64,000 nt of DNA, taken from positions 147,312,001-147,376,000 of the forward strand of contig JBITNC010000001.1 of NCBI GenBank assembly GCA_050084985.1, read 5' to 3'. The notes beneath the pieces were generated by a model. That model did no database searches and was not told where the DNA came from. It saw nothing but the letters and a program-made list of their open reading frames with translations. The position numbers were made by a program, and so were the translations under genes. Origin of the DNA: Nageia nagi. Its lineage: Eukaryota > Plantae > Pinophyta. Below are positions 51,901 through 64,000 of the stretch, in pieces. The number at the start of each line of letters is the position of its first letter. Position 1 is the first letter of the stretch.

Positions 51901-54543
51901 AACAACGATTGAAGGAAATATTGTTCATTTTCTTTCCAATTGAAATATGGTATAGTCACCATTTTTGTATGCTCAATCGTATTCTTAATCTAGAAGCAAA
52001 TTTTTTTTTAACCACAAAAAACATATATTTGAAGAAAAATAGAAAGATATTTTTACTTCTAGTTTCATTCTATTGATTTTATCATCTATGCATAAATTGT
52101 AAAGATATAAGTAAAGTCATTCCATTTAAGGAATTTCCTTTCACAATGACTAATATTGCTCCATATCATCTAAAGATCAATTTATCATAGATAAATTTTA
52201 TTAGCAAATATGACCTTCTAAAATTATATACCAAACATACCAATATATTTGGACAACCATGTAAAAAGTATAATATTTTAAAAAATATCCTTTATTTGGT
52301 TATTACATCTAGGTTTCTAAGGGGGGGAACCTATGCATGATTTGTGCATGTATCCCTTCATTCATTCCTTCATTAAAACTAAAATTTCATTTGATTCTTA
52401 AATTCCTAGGCCTGATAACCTTTGATTCTAATTATTTTATGTTGATTTTTATCTTGAAATTATAAAAAATAAAATTTAAACTAGAAAGATAACATATATA
52501 CATATGTAATACTAGGTGAAATCATACCATTGCATTGTAGAGGAAGCTAGAAGTTTGATATTCTTTTGAGATTGAATGCTAATTTTCATAAGTTGTAAGT
52601 TTATTTCAAGTGTATTATAATTCTAGTACCAAAATAAACTACAATTGATTTGGAATTATTTTAAGGTTTCTTCTATTTGATACCACTTATTGTCTATTAT
52701 CAATATATCTTCATTTTGATCTATGTTTTCTTTGAATTTGATGTTATATAAGGTTTTAACTAGGTAAACAACATCTTTGACTACAAATGGTTCAATATCA
52801 TTTTAAAACTTAGCTATTTGGTACTATTTATAGTCTACTATTGGTCAACCCTATAAGTGGCTATAATTAATTAAACACTAATAGAAATTATTATTATTTT
52901 TTGCATCACACCAAGATTCTATTATATGGTATATTTTGAATCAAACACTAATTAAGATTATAATTAATTTCATACCACAAGTAACAATGATTGATCAAAC
53001 ATCATATAGCACTACTATCATTCTAGACCTATTAAATTCAATAATTATTCTAGCAGAATTCATGAAATGGTACTAAATCAACTACATATTTTTTAAATCA
53101 ACTTGATAGCAATCCTTTTGGCATCATCCCAATCTTCATCCTTTTGTTGGCAACCTGATCATTTTCCTTTTTGTATCAAGTTAGTTAGAGAAAAATTAAT
53201 ATTATACTAGGTGCACATTTTTTACCAATTTTTTTACATCATTTTTAAAATTAGTATTAAATATCTCCTTCATTTAAAATGAGTTTTCTAATGCATTCAC
53301 TACTTTTTAATAATTGAATTTAGGAGGAGTCTTCAAATTTATCCTAGTCCCCACATTTTGCATATATGTCTATCAACATTGTTATCATAATTGTATAAAA
53401 TAGAAACTTACATCTAATTTTTTTTCTATGAATGTCCATGCCCCCATTTAAAATTAAAAAGATTACTATACAACTAAAACTCTTGCAATGACCATTGAAT
53501 ATGGTTTAAAATTAATCAATTACATTTTTAAATTATACTTACAAACCACCAAACAATGCTTATTCTATATATATTATGTGATCATGCATTCCATGAGATT
53601 GTGAATCTTTTTTGTATTTATCAATAATTATTTGAAATTCCTTAAGAAACCCAACTAGGGAATACCTTATAATCATTGTAACCTAGTATCTTTCTATTAC
53701 CATATTTCAAACAATACTTAGGCCTTCTATATATTATCATAATTGTAATAAGATGAGGCTATCTTCCAACCAAATTTGTCCACAAACTTTGGGCATATAT
53801 CCACAAATTCTAGCGTATATCAACCAAAATCAACTAAACTCATCAAGTTCAATCAATCAAGACCAGACCAAAATTTTTAACCATTTCCAGTCAATCCTAG
53901 CCCATTCCATCAACTTCCAGCTAATCATCCCATAATCATAATTTTATATACGCTCAAGCTTTTTTTCAAATTTAGCTAAAGGATAACTTTTTGCATTGTA
54001 ATATGTATCTATCAAAACATTTATTACAACATAATAATTATAATTGTAAATACTTTTCTTTTTAAATTTCTTATTCCCTCATCAAATTTTTTACCACATT
54101 AATATACTTTGAATGAGATTATTTTTAGTTTAAGAGAGGCCATGAAGTCTTATGGAGTGTAGATTGAGTTGTTTATGTTGCATAACTATGCCAAAGGATT
54201 TACTATTACAATATTGGGTGATCAATTTGACACCTAATAGTAAGTTTTCACACCTTTTTCAAGACTTATTCATTAAAGAATAATATTTACTTACATATCT
54301 TTAATATTTAATTAGTTGATTTTTTAAAAATACTGCGAAATCAACAAGAAGATTGTAAAATATTAGCATGAAAATTATACAATTGCAACTCAATTTGTAA
54401 TATAATCTACAAGAGTTCGAATTCTTTCAGATTTTGGAATCGGCTAATATTGTGGGGTTGTGGGATGCTTCATCCTTGCAATTACCTGCATCCTTCTTTA
54501 ATCTTTTCCCACAACGCCAAGATCTTTCACAGATCATAAGTAA

Positions 54544-54555
54544 CTTATATTTAAA
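54544..54555 (+). promoter_or_regulatory. Candidate TATA box of the F-box-like gene
   Basis: cttatatttaaa ~125 bp upstream of the first in-frame ATG, at the start of the CpG-retaining region. Confidence 0.4.
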
Positions 54556-54673
54556 GGAGACGGCCCGGCTGAGGAGGCTCATTCCCTTCCACAGATTTCT
54601 TCAAGAACTCACTCATCGGCCGTTCCTCTCTGATAATCACAGAAAAGAAAGAAAGACTATTGAACTGAGAACG

Positions 54674-55891
54674 ATGTTGCAAGAAGAAGGAGCTTCAGCT
54701 TCGGCACCCATCCAAATTGATAATCAAAGTAGTCCACGTGACCTCAGCCTACAAAACCCCACTGAAAAAGAAATTGAAGGAGAACTACCAGAAGGTCTCC
54801 TCTATGATCGAACAATATCACGACGCCCATGTCTTCTCCTAAACAATCAGGTGGAGGACGAGAACGGCACCCGCAATTATATGCCGCTTCCTCACATTCC
54901 CTCGCATTGTTTACACAATTACATCGACGATTGTGGAGTCCGGCAGGTGGACGAGATTGTGGCATGCTCTAGAGGATACCTTTGTTATCATCTTCGCCAT
55001 TCCAAGTGTTTCTTGATTTGCCATCCTGCAAGAAAATCCTCCGAATTCTTCATTCCCTATGGCAATACAATTCCAGGCTCTTCCATATTGGCAGTATTTA
55101 TGCAAGCCAGATCTCACAGAAATATACTGCTCGATGTTCTAGTCCGTGGCGATCCAGAGGATGGAATGCAAGCTTTTTCCTATTTCAAGGTGTTTTTTTA
55201 TACTTATGAGAGCACAACTGATGATGCTAATGGCGAGGTATCTTGGATTCACGGCAACAAGTGCTTCTTTCAGACCTCCGCAATAGGTGTTAATCCTCCT
55301 CCCATTTCAAGCTGTCAAAAAGGAGAAAGAACGAGTTATAGTTTGGTTTTCGATTATTCAAGTAATATTTTCATCATCTGGAAATGGGATGACAGTTGGC
55401 ATCGTTTGGAAATTGTTGATGACTATGATATTGGATTCTTATGGTTTAATACTGGTTATGGCCATGAACAGATAAGTCCAGCATTGTTTTCCTACAAAAA
55501 TAACTTGTTTATAATGAGTTACTTTCTAAAAGATGAAATGGATGATGAACAAAGACCAATAGGTCTGTGGAAGTTGGTGCCTGTTTTTGGTCGTAATGAA
55601 AAAGGATATACTCTGAAGAAGGTGGTTGAGTTTCCAAAGGCCCTGTGGGGATTCCGAATGCAAAGGAGTTATGATTTTGCACAGTTCAAGGATTCTTTCG
55701 CGGTCTTCGACGTTAACTATGGATGTGGACGTGCTTATAATTATGTTACGAAAAGATTTTACACATTTGGAAGCTGCAACCTTGATCCCGGAATGTCACG
55801 TCTCAGGGCTTTATATTATAAATATTCTGCTCCTCCTCAAGTTGCATCCACCTCTGCCTCTGCCTTTAACTCTACCCGGGATGCAAGATAA
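54674..55891 (+). CDS. Intronless F-box-associated (FBA/kelch-like beta-propeller) protein, 405 aa, with a truncated F-box motif
   Basis: The only long uninterrupted ORF in the window. The track's 54434 start is a TTG; the first ATG is at 54674. ELPEGLLYDRTISRRP resembles the F-box start. IVACSRGYLCY...FLICHPARK is the typical (A/G)S..GLLC....VCNP motif. CpG-rich compared with the flanks. Confidence 0.8.
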   Translation: MLQEEGASASAPIQIDNQSSPRDLSLQNPTEKEIEGELPEGLLYDRTISRRPCLLLNNQVEDENGTRNYMPLPHIPSHCLHNYIDDCGVRQVDEIVACSRGYLCYHLRHSKCFLICHPARKSSEFFIPYGNTIPGSSILAVFMQARSHRNILLDVLVRGDPEDGMQAFSYFKVFFYTYESTTDDANGEVSWIHGNKCFFQTSAIGVNPPPISSCQKGERTSYSLVFDYSSNIFIIWKWDDSWHRLEIVDDYDIGFLWFNTGYGHEQISPALFSYKNNLFIMSYFLKDEMDDEQRPIGLWKLVPVFGRNEKGYTLKKVVEFPKALWGFRMQRSYDFAQFKDSFAVFDVNYGCGRAYNYVTKRFYTFGSCNLDPGMSRLRALYYKYSAPPQVASTSASAFNSTRDAR

Positions 55892-56659
55892 TCTGAATTG
55901 AATTATAGGGAATAAAAGAAAAAGGGGGTGGGTTGTACAAGATCGACATTCTTGTATTTATTCATCTTTCAGTGTGGTTCTTTTCATAGTCAGCTTTACT
56001 GCAATGGCTACAACTCAAGAAGATGGAGCGAACTTTATGCATTCAATAACAGTCGTATGTTGGCTTCATATCATCACCCCTCAAATTTGTTGCTACGATG
56101 TTAGTGAATAATCAGATGTTATTATATCACCTACAATTCTTAATTCCAACGAGAGCAATGAGTCATTTATAGCTGAATTGTCAATACAATGTTCTGTAAT
56201 GTTCTGAATGCCCTCCATAAGCTGAAGATCCCATTTCTTATTATCAACGTTTACTCAGAATTGTCAACCTTTACTCTTTTAGTCTTCATGAAATCATATC
56301 AAGCAGTTCTTGGTGTTGGATATTTCGTTAAGTAGGAACATATTTATTATATATAATATAGTATAATACATATTTAATATTGTGATATTATAATATTTTT
56401 GCCTCGCTGAATTATATGTATAGTATATATATATATTTTAAAGTATCATTTAATTGTAAATCATTTTGAACATGCAAATTTTAGTTAGTTGTGTAAAGTA
56501 AAAGTAATTATATGAATAATGTAATTAATTAATATATAATGATATTTTTAAAATTTGTTTCATGCTAAGAATTATGTGATGTTATTATGAATTAAATATT
56601 TTGAGCATTCCAATAAAAATTATATTAAAGAAAAAAAAAACACAAGATTATAGGGAGAA

Positions 56660-57481
56660 TGGTTAATCCCTAGAAAGTATTGCTATAACAACAGGTCATC
56701 AAAATAATTCACATAATTAGACTACCATCAAACTAAAAGGGTATCTTAAAGTAGACCTTGTACCATCTTTACTATCTCCTTAACTTCAAATAGAATATGG
56801 GACAAATTTGAATGTGTTATATCTTCCATATATGTTGCCCATCTCTAATGTCTCTTGGACATATCTTCGAAACCTACTTTTCTATTATTCAGTGACTTTG
56901 ATGTGGTTATGTCATGTAACTAGCCACATACCCCAATGTAAAAGCTATCTTAGTTTTGCTATGGGTTAAATATAACTACCCACTAATGAATATAATATGG
57001 ATGCATTAATTATTGTACCATCTATAATAGACTTAGAAAACTTCATTTTGGAAGCCATATAAGTCATGGTTGCATTACAATATGTGAAAGAAAAAATACT
57101 ATCCTTCATTTGGCATATATGTAAGCCAAAAAAGTAGTACAACAAATAAAGTATTTTTGAACCTTATATTCTTACATTTGATTTTCATATAGAAATTTGT
57201 TATGATAATTAAATCATTTATATATAGAATACTAATGAAAACTTGTACACTTTGATACCTCACATATAGTTTTTTTTCTTCAACACACATCTAAATAAAA
57301 ACCTAATTCAATGAGAAAAGTATTTATTTTCTTATGCCATTCCCTGGGTGGTTTCTTCAACCCATATGATACTTTTTCAATTTATAAATAAAATTCTTAG
57401 ATCAATCTTAATCAAACCTTGGTACATCTCACAACCAAAATAAGAAGATAAATCTAGTGTAAGATGAGTAAAATCTAAGTA
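56660..57481 (-). pseudogene. Ty1/copia RT-RNaseH fragment
   Basis: Minus strand LYVRYQSVQVFISILYINDLII (YVDD motif), YSLVGS...IAFTLGYVASYMT*PHQSH...RYVQET...DGTRSTLRYPFSL. Confidence 0.85.
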
Positions 57482-58981
57482 TGATATGTAATCACTAGAT
57501 GCTTATAGTATACATAGATCCTCAAATACAGATTATACTTCATAATTTATAGTCAAGGCATAGACTGTTTTTCATATCCAAACCTACTTGACTAAAAGAT
57601 CCATTTCACCATTCACTATAGGGAACATATATTATGAAAATGTATTAAAACCATAATTTGAATAACATACACAATAAGATAGTTATTTATAGAGGTTCCT
57701 CTCAATCTAAGAGTGCATCCCCTTTTTGTCAATGTCTTTCTAATTTTTATTATTGATAAAAGGATTTAGAAGCTATAATCATAAGTAATGCAAGTGATGC
57801 CTCAATCTTGTAAATATTTTGTAGTATTTCCCTTCCATAATCTCTTTACTCTCTCCATATCAACTCAAACCATTCTGATGGTATTTTCTTAATTATTGAA
57901 GTTATGTAGCTTTGGCTTTCTTTCGGATCCCTTTCCTCTTAGCTCTTTAAAATCTGAACCCTCTCTATATTATTACTCCAATAGTTTTTTAGTTCTAAAT
58001 CTTCATTCTTCTTTATCATTTAATGATCCTAGGCCTACTTCTTTATGCAAGCTTCTTATACCATTGAAAACAAAGGAGCTCTTTTTACTTTTTTTCTTCC
58101 TCCTTAATCCCTCTAAATTAGCTAAAACTATTTTAATGGTATTTTATTACTTGTTGAAGATATGTAGCTCTAGATTTCTTTTAGCTCCCCAAACTTTTAA
58201 CTCTTGGGAATCTAAACCCTCTTTACATTATTATTTCAACAGTTCTTTCCTTATGGACCTTCATTTCTCTTTTTCATTTCATGATTATAGCCCTACTTCT
58301 CTCAACAATATTCTTAGAACATTGATAATGAAGAAGTTATTTTTCATTTGTTATCCTCTGTTGTCCCCAACAATAGGTTTTCTTCATTAATTTATAGAAG
58401 TGGTGTAACAAAAACTCCCACCTCTTGGATGATTACATAGCCTTCGTGATTCTTGGCCTCATCCACTACTATGATTGGTGCTATTTTTTACTTGTAAATA
58501 ATTTCAACCACTTTTCCAACATTTTTAATTCCCCTTTTGATATGTATTAGGTTTTCATTATGGTTACATGTGATGATAAATACTCATCGAGTCTTGAATA
58601 GCATTTTTATACCTTTACCCATGTTGTCATACCATGATTTGCACAATTGGATTTTTTAATAATGATATTGTGCTACAAACAAATGACATCATTATTATCT
58701 TTATCACACTCCAAAAACTCTCTTTAAACAATATCATACCATGAATTCATGATGTTAGTATCATCCTTACCGCACTCAAGTGAATCTCTTCAACCAATGC
58801 CATATCGTAAAATTATGATGTTAACATCATCTAGGTTACACTATAGTAAGTATTCTTAAACTAATACCATGTTTCAAAGATATGATATTGACATTATACA
58901 TGCCACATTTTAGTAATTCTTTTTTAACTATCATCATACTACAAAGATATGATGTTAGCATAATCTTTACCACATTCTATT
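57482..58981 (-). mobile_element. Partial LTR related to the CRM-like element's LTR, inserted in the Copia relic and cut by LTR E
   Basis: tgatatgtaatcactagatgcttatagtatacatagatcct is the reverse complement of the LTR end at ~29885-29924. A related ~67-bp tandem array lies at 58680-58980. Confidence 0.7.
57878..58350. repeat. ~258-bp tandem dimer
   Basis: atggtattttcttaattattgaagttatgtagct (~57878) / atggtattttattacttgttgaagatatgtagct (~58136), colinear for ~210 bp. Confidence 0.75.
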
Positions 58982-61720
58982 TGTAATGTATCTACCTATT
59001 TTTGATAGCATTTTTACCTATTCTCGACATCCAAAATCCTACAATTTCATATCTAATTTTTTTATTAGTTTAAACACTCAAATAATCTTGAAATGTACCA
59101 AGCAATCCACATGAGCTTATTAACATTACTAGCTAGTTAGTACCCACATGGAAAGATTATCTAAAGTTTGGATTAACTAACTCTTACCAAAGCTCTTCTG
59201 GTGTTCACTTCGTAATGCTCATCCCATGTAGGACATGCCTTATATGTGAGGTCACCATTTCCACTTCATGAACTATGTAGAAAATATTTTGGACATGGTG
59301 TAGTGGTTTCCTACTCGAGACCCATATCACCTAAGAGAACATACATTCACTAGGTTATGTATCCTCACCTAATAATAAGTCCCTAACTCACAGGAGTAGA
59401 TACTTTATCCTAGGAAAACTTCCTTATGAGTGGGTAAATGTCATCACCTATGGAACAATCATCATACTCCTATGTGCTAAACGATAAGTAGTATGACTGC
59501 TAAATTACCCTCACTCAATAATCATAGTTTTGTTGATTATTATCCTCATCTTACACCCTATCAAGGATATGAGACACTATCCTAACCATATCTATCGACT
59601 AGGCTCACCATGGGGTCTGACATCTTCATGCCCATATCTTGGGTAGCCATGGGTATTGAAGCAATACCCTTGAGTGGTTTGTATAGTCTAATAAATTTTA
59701 AGAAAGATTATAAAATAAAACCACCCATGTTTTATTAATCCTAAAATAATTGAATCCTAATTCAATTATTAGGGTTACCAATATTGTATGTACAAAGATT
59801 TAATACCAAGATTATTTAGGATGTCACATAAGATATCTATATGTACTACAATTATCCCATACATATGGAACTACATATTTAATACTACTTTATAAGGATT
59901 CTCATGCTAGCATTTAGTAATGTGCCTTGAGATGACACTAAAGTCAACTACCTCTAAAAAGGAAGTGCGATGTAAGGTGGTACTCACTCAAGGTATATTC
60001 ATTTTTGCTTATGTTTTTGCAAGGGAGGTTCAAATACTGAATATTTCACATCATTTTTCTTTATTAGTGAAATAGTCTATAAATTCTCTTTTTGGATCGA
60101 TTCTATCATTTTAGAGTTTTAAATTAGGCCATCCTTAAATTTTAAATTCAACCTTCATTGATAAGCCCATCCTTTATTTAGGGCCACATTAAGGTTTACC
60201 ATCAAACCCATGTCTTAAACGTGAACAATTATTCTTAGGAACATCATTATTTCTAAACATGCTACAAGATTTCCCACTTTCTTTTTAATGGTAAGTATCA
60301 TTTACTAATAAGTATCAAGTCACTTTTTTCTTTTCATCACTAGGCTAATCTCATTTGATCCCTTTTTTGATACTCAAGGATTCCTAAGTTCTTTACAATT
60401 ATTTTTAACCTATTTTTGAATGGAAGATGTAGAATAAACTCCTTCTTCCATAATATAGGTCATACCCATATGTTTAATATGAGATTTTTCTTTAAGATAT
60501 ATTCTTATCTCCCTTGAATTTTCTTACTAAGTGTTTTAACCCAATTCTACTCATGTATTATTATATTACAAGTACCTAAGGTTATATTTCCCTAGTATTT
60601 GAATTATCTTTAATCCGTAAAGGAAATATAGTATTACCTAGAGATTCTTTCTTCATATATTAGTTTGTGAACATTTTTGGATATTAATATTATTTTATAA
60701 TATCACTTATGACTATGGTTTTTCATATAATCTAAGTTATCATTTCCTTACATTATCATATTAAAGGCTTAATAAAAAATTCATTTATTTTTTCAAAAGT
60801 ATAATTTGAGTTATCATAATACTATACATGGTAACTACCAAATATATCCTTACCAATGACCTCATCTATTACCTTTACACTCATAATGTTCTTGTGTTAC
60901 TTATTACTTTCATTTACAAACATATTTTGAGTTCTTACCTTATTATTTAATATACATATGTAAGAAAATATGCCCATTTAATTAAACCTTAAAGGTTTTC
61001 AAGAAGTTTCCACCAAACTTGTATTACATAAAACTTATTACATAATGATATATAAGGACAACCCTTATCATTTACAATAGGGTTCCTTGATAATTTCTAG
61101 CGAATAAATTACATAGTAGATAACTCAAAACTTGTTTAAAAGAGTCTTCAATGCATCTTTGTCTTTGATGTAGATTCTTCCATCTTCACTTTCGAGCTCC
61201 TCCCAATGATCAAAGGTGATAGGTTCAAGTACTAAGAAAGGATTATATTTTTGAGGATTAGGACAACCCTATTTTTACTTATGACCATGATCCAATTGTA
61301 ACTAACTATATGACCTCTAATTCTTTTATGGGCCTTATGAGGATTTATATCCCCTCTAGGACTTCCTTCCTTCCTTGGTCACATTAAATTTTCTCAAATA
61401 ATGTTATAACATCTTCATACTATCATTCACAATTCATCCTTAAATATGATTTGATTTTACTCTAGAAATACTTGAAAATACTTATTTTTAATCTCATTAT
61501 GCCTTGAACAATCTTCTTTCTATAATTAACATTAGAATTATAAACAACCCTTTCATCATTATTTTAATATAACTTTACTCAAAATACAGTCATGACCACA
61601 CCATACTAGACTAGTAATTATTAATTTTCTTATCATTACAATGATATATGAATAAACTAACTACACCACATCATTTTATACTAGCATTTTATTAACAACT
61701 TAACACCATATAAAATTTAA
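58982..61720 (-). mobile_element. Truncated LTR copy E (U5 arm only)
   Basis: Starts tgtaatgtatctacctatt. 59100-60030 is homologous to 19700-20580 and 7870-8880, and 60970-61380 is homologous to the reverse complement of 18700-19095. It ends before the PPR cassette/TATA; the right boundary is approximate. Confidence 0.82.
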
Positions 61721-61749
61721 TGTCAAATTTACTATTTTATTCAACATTG

Positions 61750-64000
61750 GAGGTTGATTATTAAAAGAGTTCAATTCAAGTTTGGCCAAAAATTATCTTC
61801 TTAAAAGATAAATCTATTGGACCAAACAATTGAAGCATCATGAATCCTTAGATGATGAAAGAAATGTGTAGTTTCCTAGTAATGATCCTAGGAGGGCTCT
61901 TAGCTAAGACACAATATATTACTCATTTGGATGGACAACATGTTTATTATTTAGTGCTACTCATAGTGGACTCTAGGAAAGGATTGAAGGAGTTGTAAAA
62001 ATATAATTATTTATAAATAAAATGTATTTGAAAATGCAAATAAATGAATACCTACAATCTTGAAAGGAATATTTGTAAATTATGAGCTAACGGATAGCAA
62101 TTTATATCAAGACAAGTTGATATAGAAGATAATGAATAACTAGAATCAAATTGATATTACTAAACAAGAATAAGTTTGTATACTTACCTCATGAAATGTA
62201 CCTAATATCGATGAACAAGAGATAGTGATGAAGCCTCAACAACCAATAGAGTTTGCACCTAAATTCATGGAGCAAGATGATCCAAAAGGAGGGCCATAGG
62301 CAGTCTATTACATGCTCATAAGGAGCATCAATGGTCTATTTTCATCTATAGAGAGGAATCAATGGTCTTCACTAGACTATATTCCATTCTGAACTAACTT
62401 TGTGCCTCCACATGGACTCTCAATGATGGTAGTTTGATACTCAGATAAACCAATAATTATCAGGATGCTCACATAAAGAAGTACATAAAGCCAACCTTGA
62501 ATGGCGATGTTAAGAGACACCTAAAAGACTAGCATTATCAAGACCAGATGTGGGATCATGTATCTCCTTGATGTGGAATTACTATTAGATTTGTATTTAT
62601 ATATATGATAATATGACCTACTCCTTAGGTCAGTGTGTACCTACATAAATAAGAATATAGTAAGTTGATGATATATATTGATTATATCCAAGATAATATT
62701 ATTATTCTTGAACTAGGTGTGTATAAGTGTGGGCACATATTTCCTAATATATTAAATTAAATGCATAAATTAATTTTAGGTGATAACAGATGCCCCACTT
62801 TGGATGAGAAATTGAAAATCACTAGGTGCATTGAAATTTTTCATTCAAAGTACAACCAAGATGTCATAACAATCAAATATTGATAAGTATTGATAACCAT
62901 AATACCAACACTAATCACTCTATGTTGATATTGAACTATGATAAATATATAAGAAATATGAGAAACATATTGACAAAAGGTATGAGTTTAAGAAAATCCC
63001 CTCATATGACATCCACCATGTTGCCCCTAGTTGACGTTGATGTGCTCCATGAGCTCCAATGATGACCTGTAAAAGAAAGAGTTCTAGAGTCATAGCCATC
63101 TACCAAGAGGTCATTAATGATAATTACCCATATTTTTGATATATTTTTATGTGTGGAGTACAACCATCTCATGTCACTAATGGTTCTATCCATTGATATT
63201 ATGAAAGCTAGGCTTTCTACCAAGAGGCATAATGATAAAACTAAGAGCTAAGACTCCACCATGAGGCATATTGCAATGAGTATGAGAGCTAAAACTCTAC
63301 ACAAAGAGGCATATTACATGGATATGAAACTCAACTAAGAGGCATGAAACTAGGATGATGATATGGGAGCTGAGACTCTGCCAAGAGGCATGCAAATCTT
63401 ACAATCTAGGAGCTAAAACTCTGCACCAAGGGGTATCTAATGATTTTTATTTTTGCTATTTTTGACTATGAATTAGGATCATAGTCAATGCTTTCTTCCT
63501 AAAATGGAGCATTGGTTCTCCTCTTTTGACATTGAAATGACCTTCTATTTTGAATTTGTGTCATTTTTTCACATGCTTATTCTTGTAGTAAAATTTTTAC
63601 AAAAATAGACACATAGGGTGACCCACAAGTTACCTAGATGTGATACTTCTTTAGGTGCCTAGCATTGATGGAATTTTTGAGAACCTCCCCATCCAATGTA
63701 GATAATCTATATGCATCTTTATCAAATACTTCTATAGTGATGTATGGACCAACCCAATTTGGCTCAAACTTTCCTTTAAGTTCATCCCTTGTTGTAGTGT
63801 TAGAAACATTCTTTTGGAGAACCATATCCCACCTTAAAAGCTTTGGGCACCATTTTCTTTCCAAAGGCCCTCTTTATTATTTTTTGATATGTTTTGAAAT
63901 GCTCTAGTGCATTAATTCTTTTCTCATCTAATGCCTCTAGTTGATTTAACCTTTCTTCCCATTGTTGTGTCTCCTTCATAATATCTTTGAGTGCAATTCT
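61750..64000 (-). mobile_element. 3' end of a Tat/Ogre-like Ty3/gypsy: integrase C-terminus, 3' UTR repeats, PPT and 3' LTR
   Basis: ORF 63634-63864 KGKFEPNWVGPYITIEVFDKDAYRLSTLDGEVLKNSINARHLKKYH. Minus-strand PPT ccaaagtggggca (~62791-62803), then the LTR start tgttatcacctaaaat at 62788. The left LTR end is uncertain. Confidence 0.85.
63195..63440. repeat. ~40-bp array with a conserved core and variable linkers in the retroelement 3' UTR
   Basis: About 6 copies of gagctaa(g/a)actct(a/g)c(c)aagaggcat separated by 14-21 nt dissimilar linkers. Confidence 0.75.

Noticed and set aside
54434-54673. N-terminal 80 aa of the 485-aa track ORF
   Set aside because: It starts at TTG and spans the likely TATA box and 5' UTR. 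The first ATG is at 54674.
54744-55901. Small overlapping ORFs on both strands within the F-box gene
   Set aside because: Shadow frames of a GC-richer coding region with no recognisable motifs.
63195-63440. CRISPR-like repeat/spacer appearance
   Set aside because: Eukaryotic retroelement context, degenerate repeats, short uneven linkers and no cas genes.

Overview
Very AT-rich, CpG-depleted plant intergenic DNA. The retroelement and PPR motif styles suggest a gymnosperm-type host (inference only). The window is almost entirely nested, decayed retroelements around one intact gene. In order: the 3' end of a Tat/Ogre-like Ty3/gypsy with an antisense Plant Mobile Domain (PMD) pseudo-ORF (1-~3000); two minus-strand Tekay/Del-like chromoviruses (3660-12668 and 12669-~25450) with very long LTRs (4.4-4.9 kb where both ends are defined); a triple 'Russian-doll' LTR-in-LTR-in-LTR insertion with readable 5-bp target-site duplications (15959-~25450); a gag+protease-only CRM-like element with 1.19-kb LTRs (28738-32601); two L1 LINE relics (~33700-39800, split by a solo LTR, and a near full-length copy at 46560-51900); one intact intronless F-box-associated gene with an apparently half-deleted F-box (54674-55891); a Copia RT/RNaseH relic; and a second Tat/Ogre-like 3' end (to 64000). 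The most striking observation is that all four complete copies of the long LTR carry a cassette of decayed PLS-class PPR gene sequence. It sits at the same position downstream of the LTR TATA box, is always antisense to the element, and differs from copy to copy, while the flanking LTR arms are conserved. All calls come from manual reading and translation; no database searches were run.
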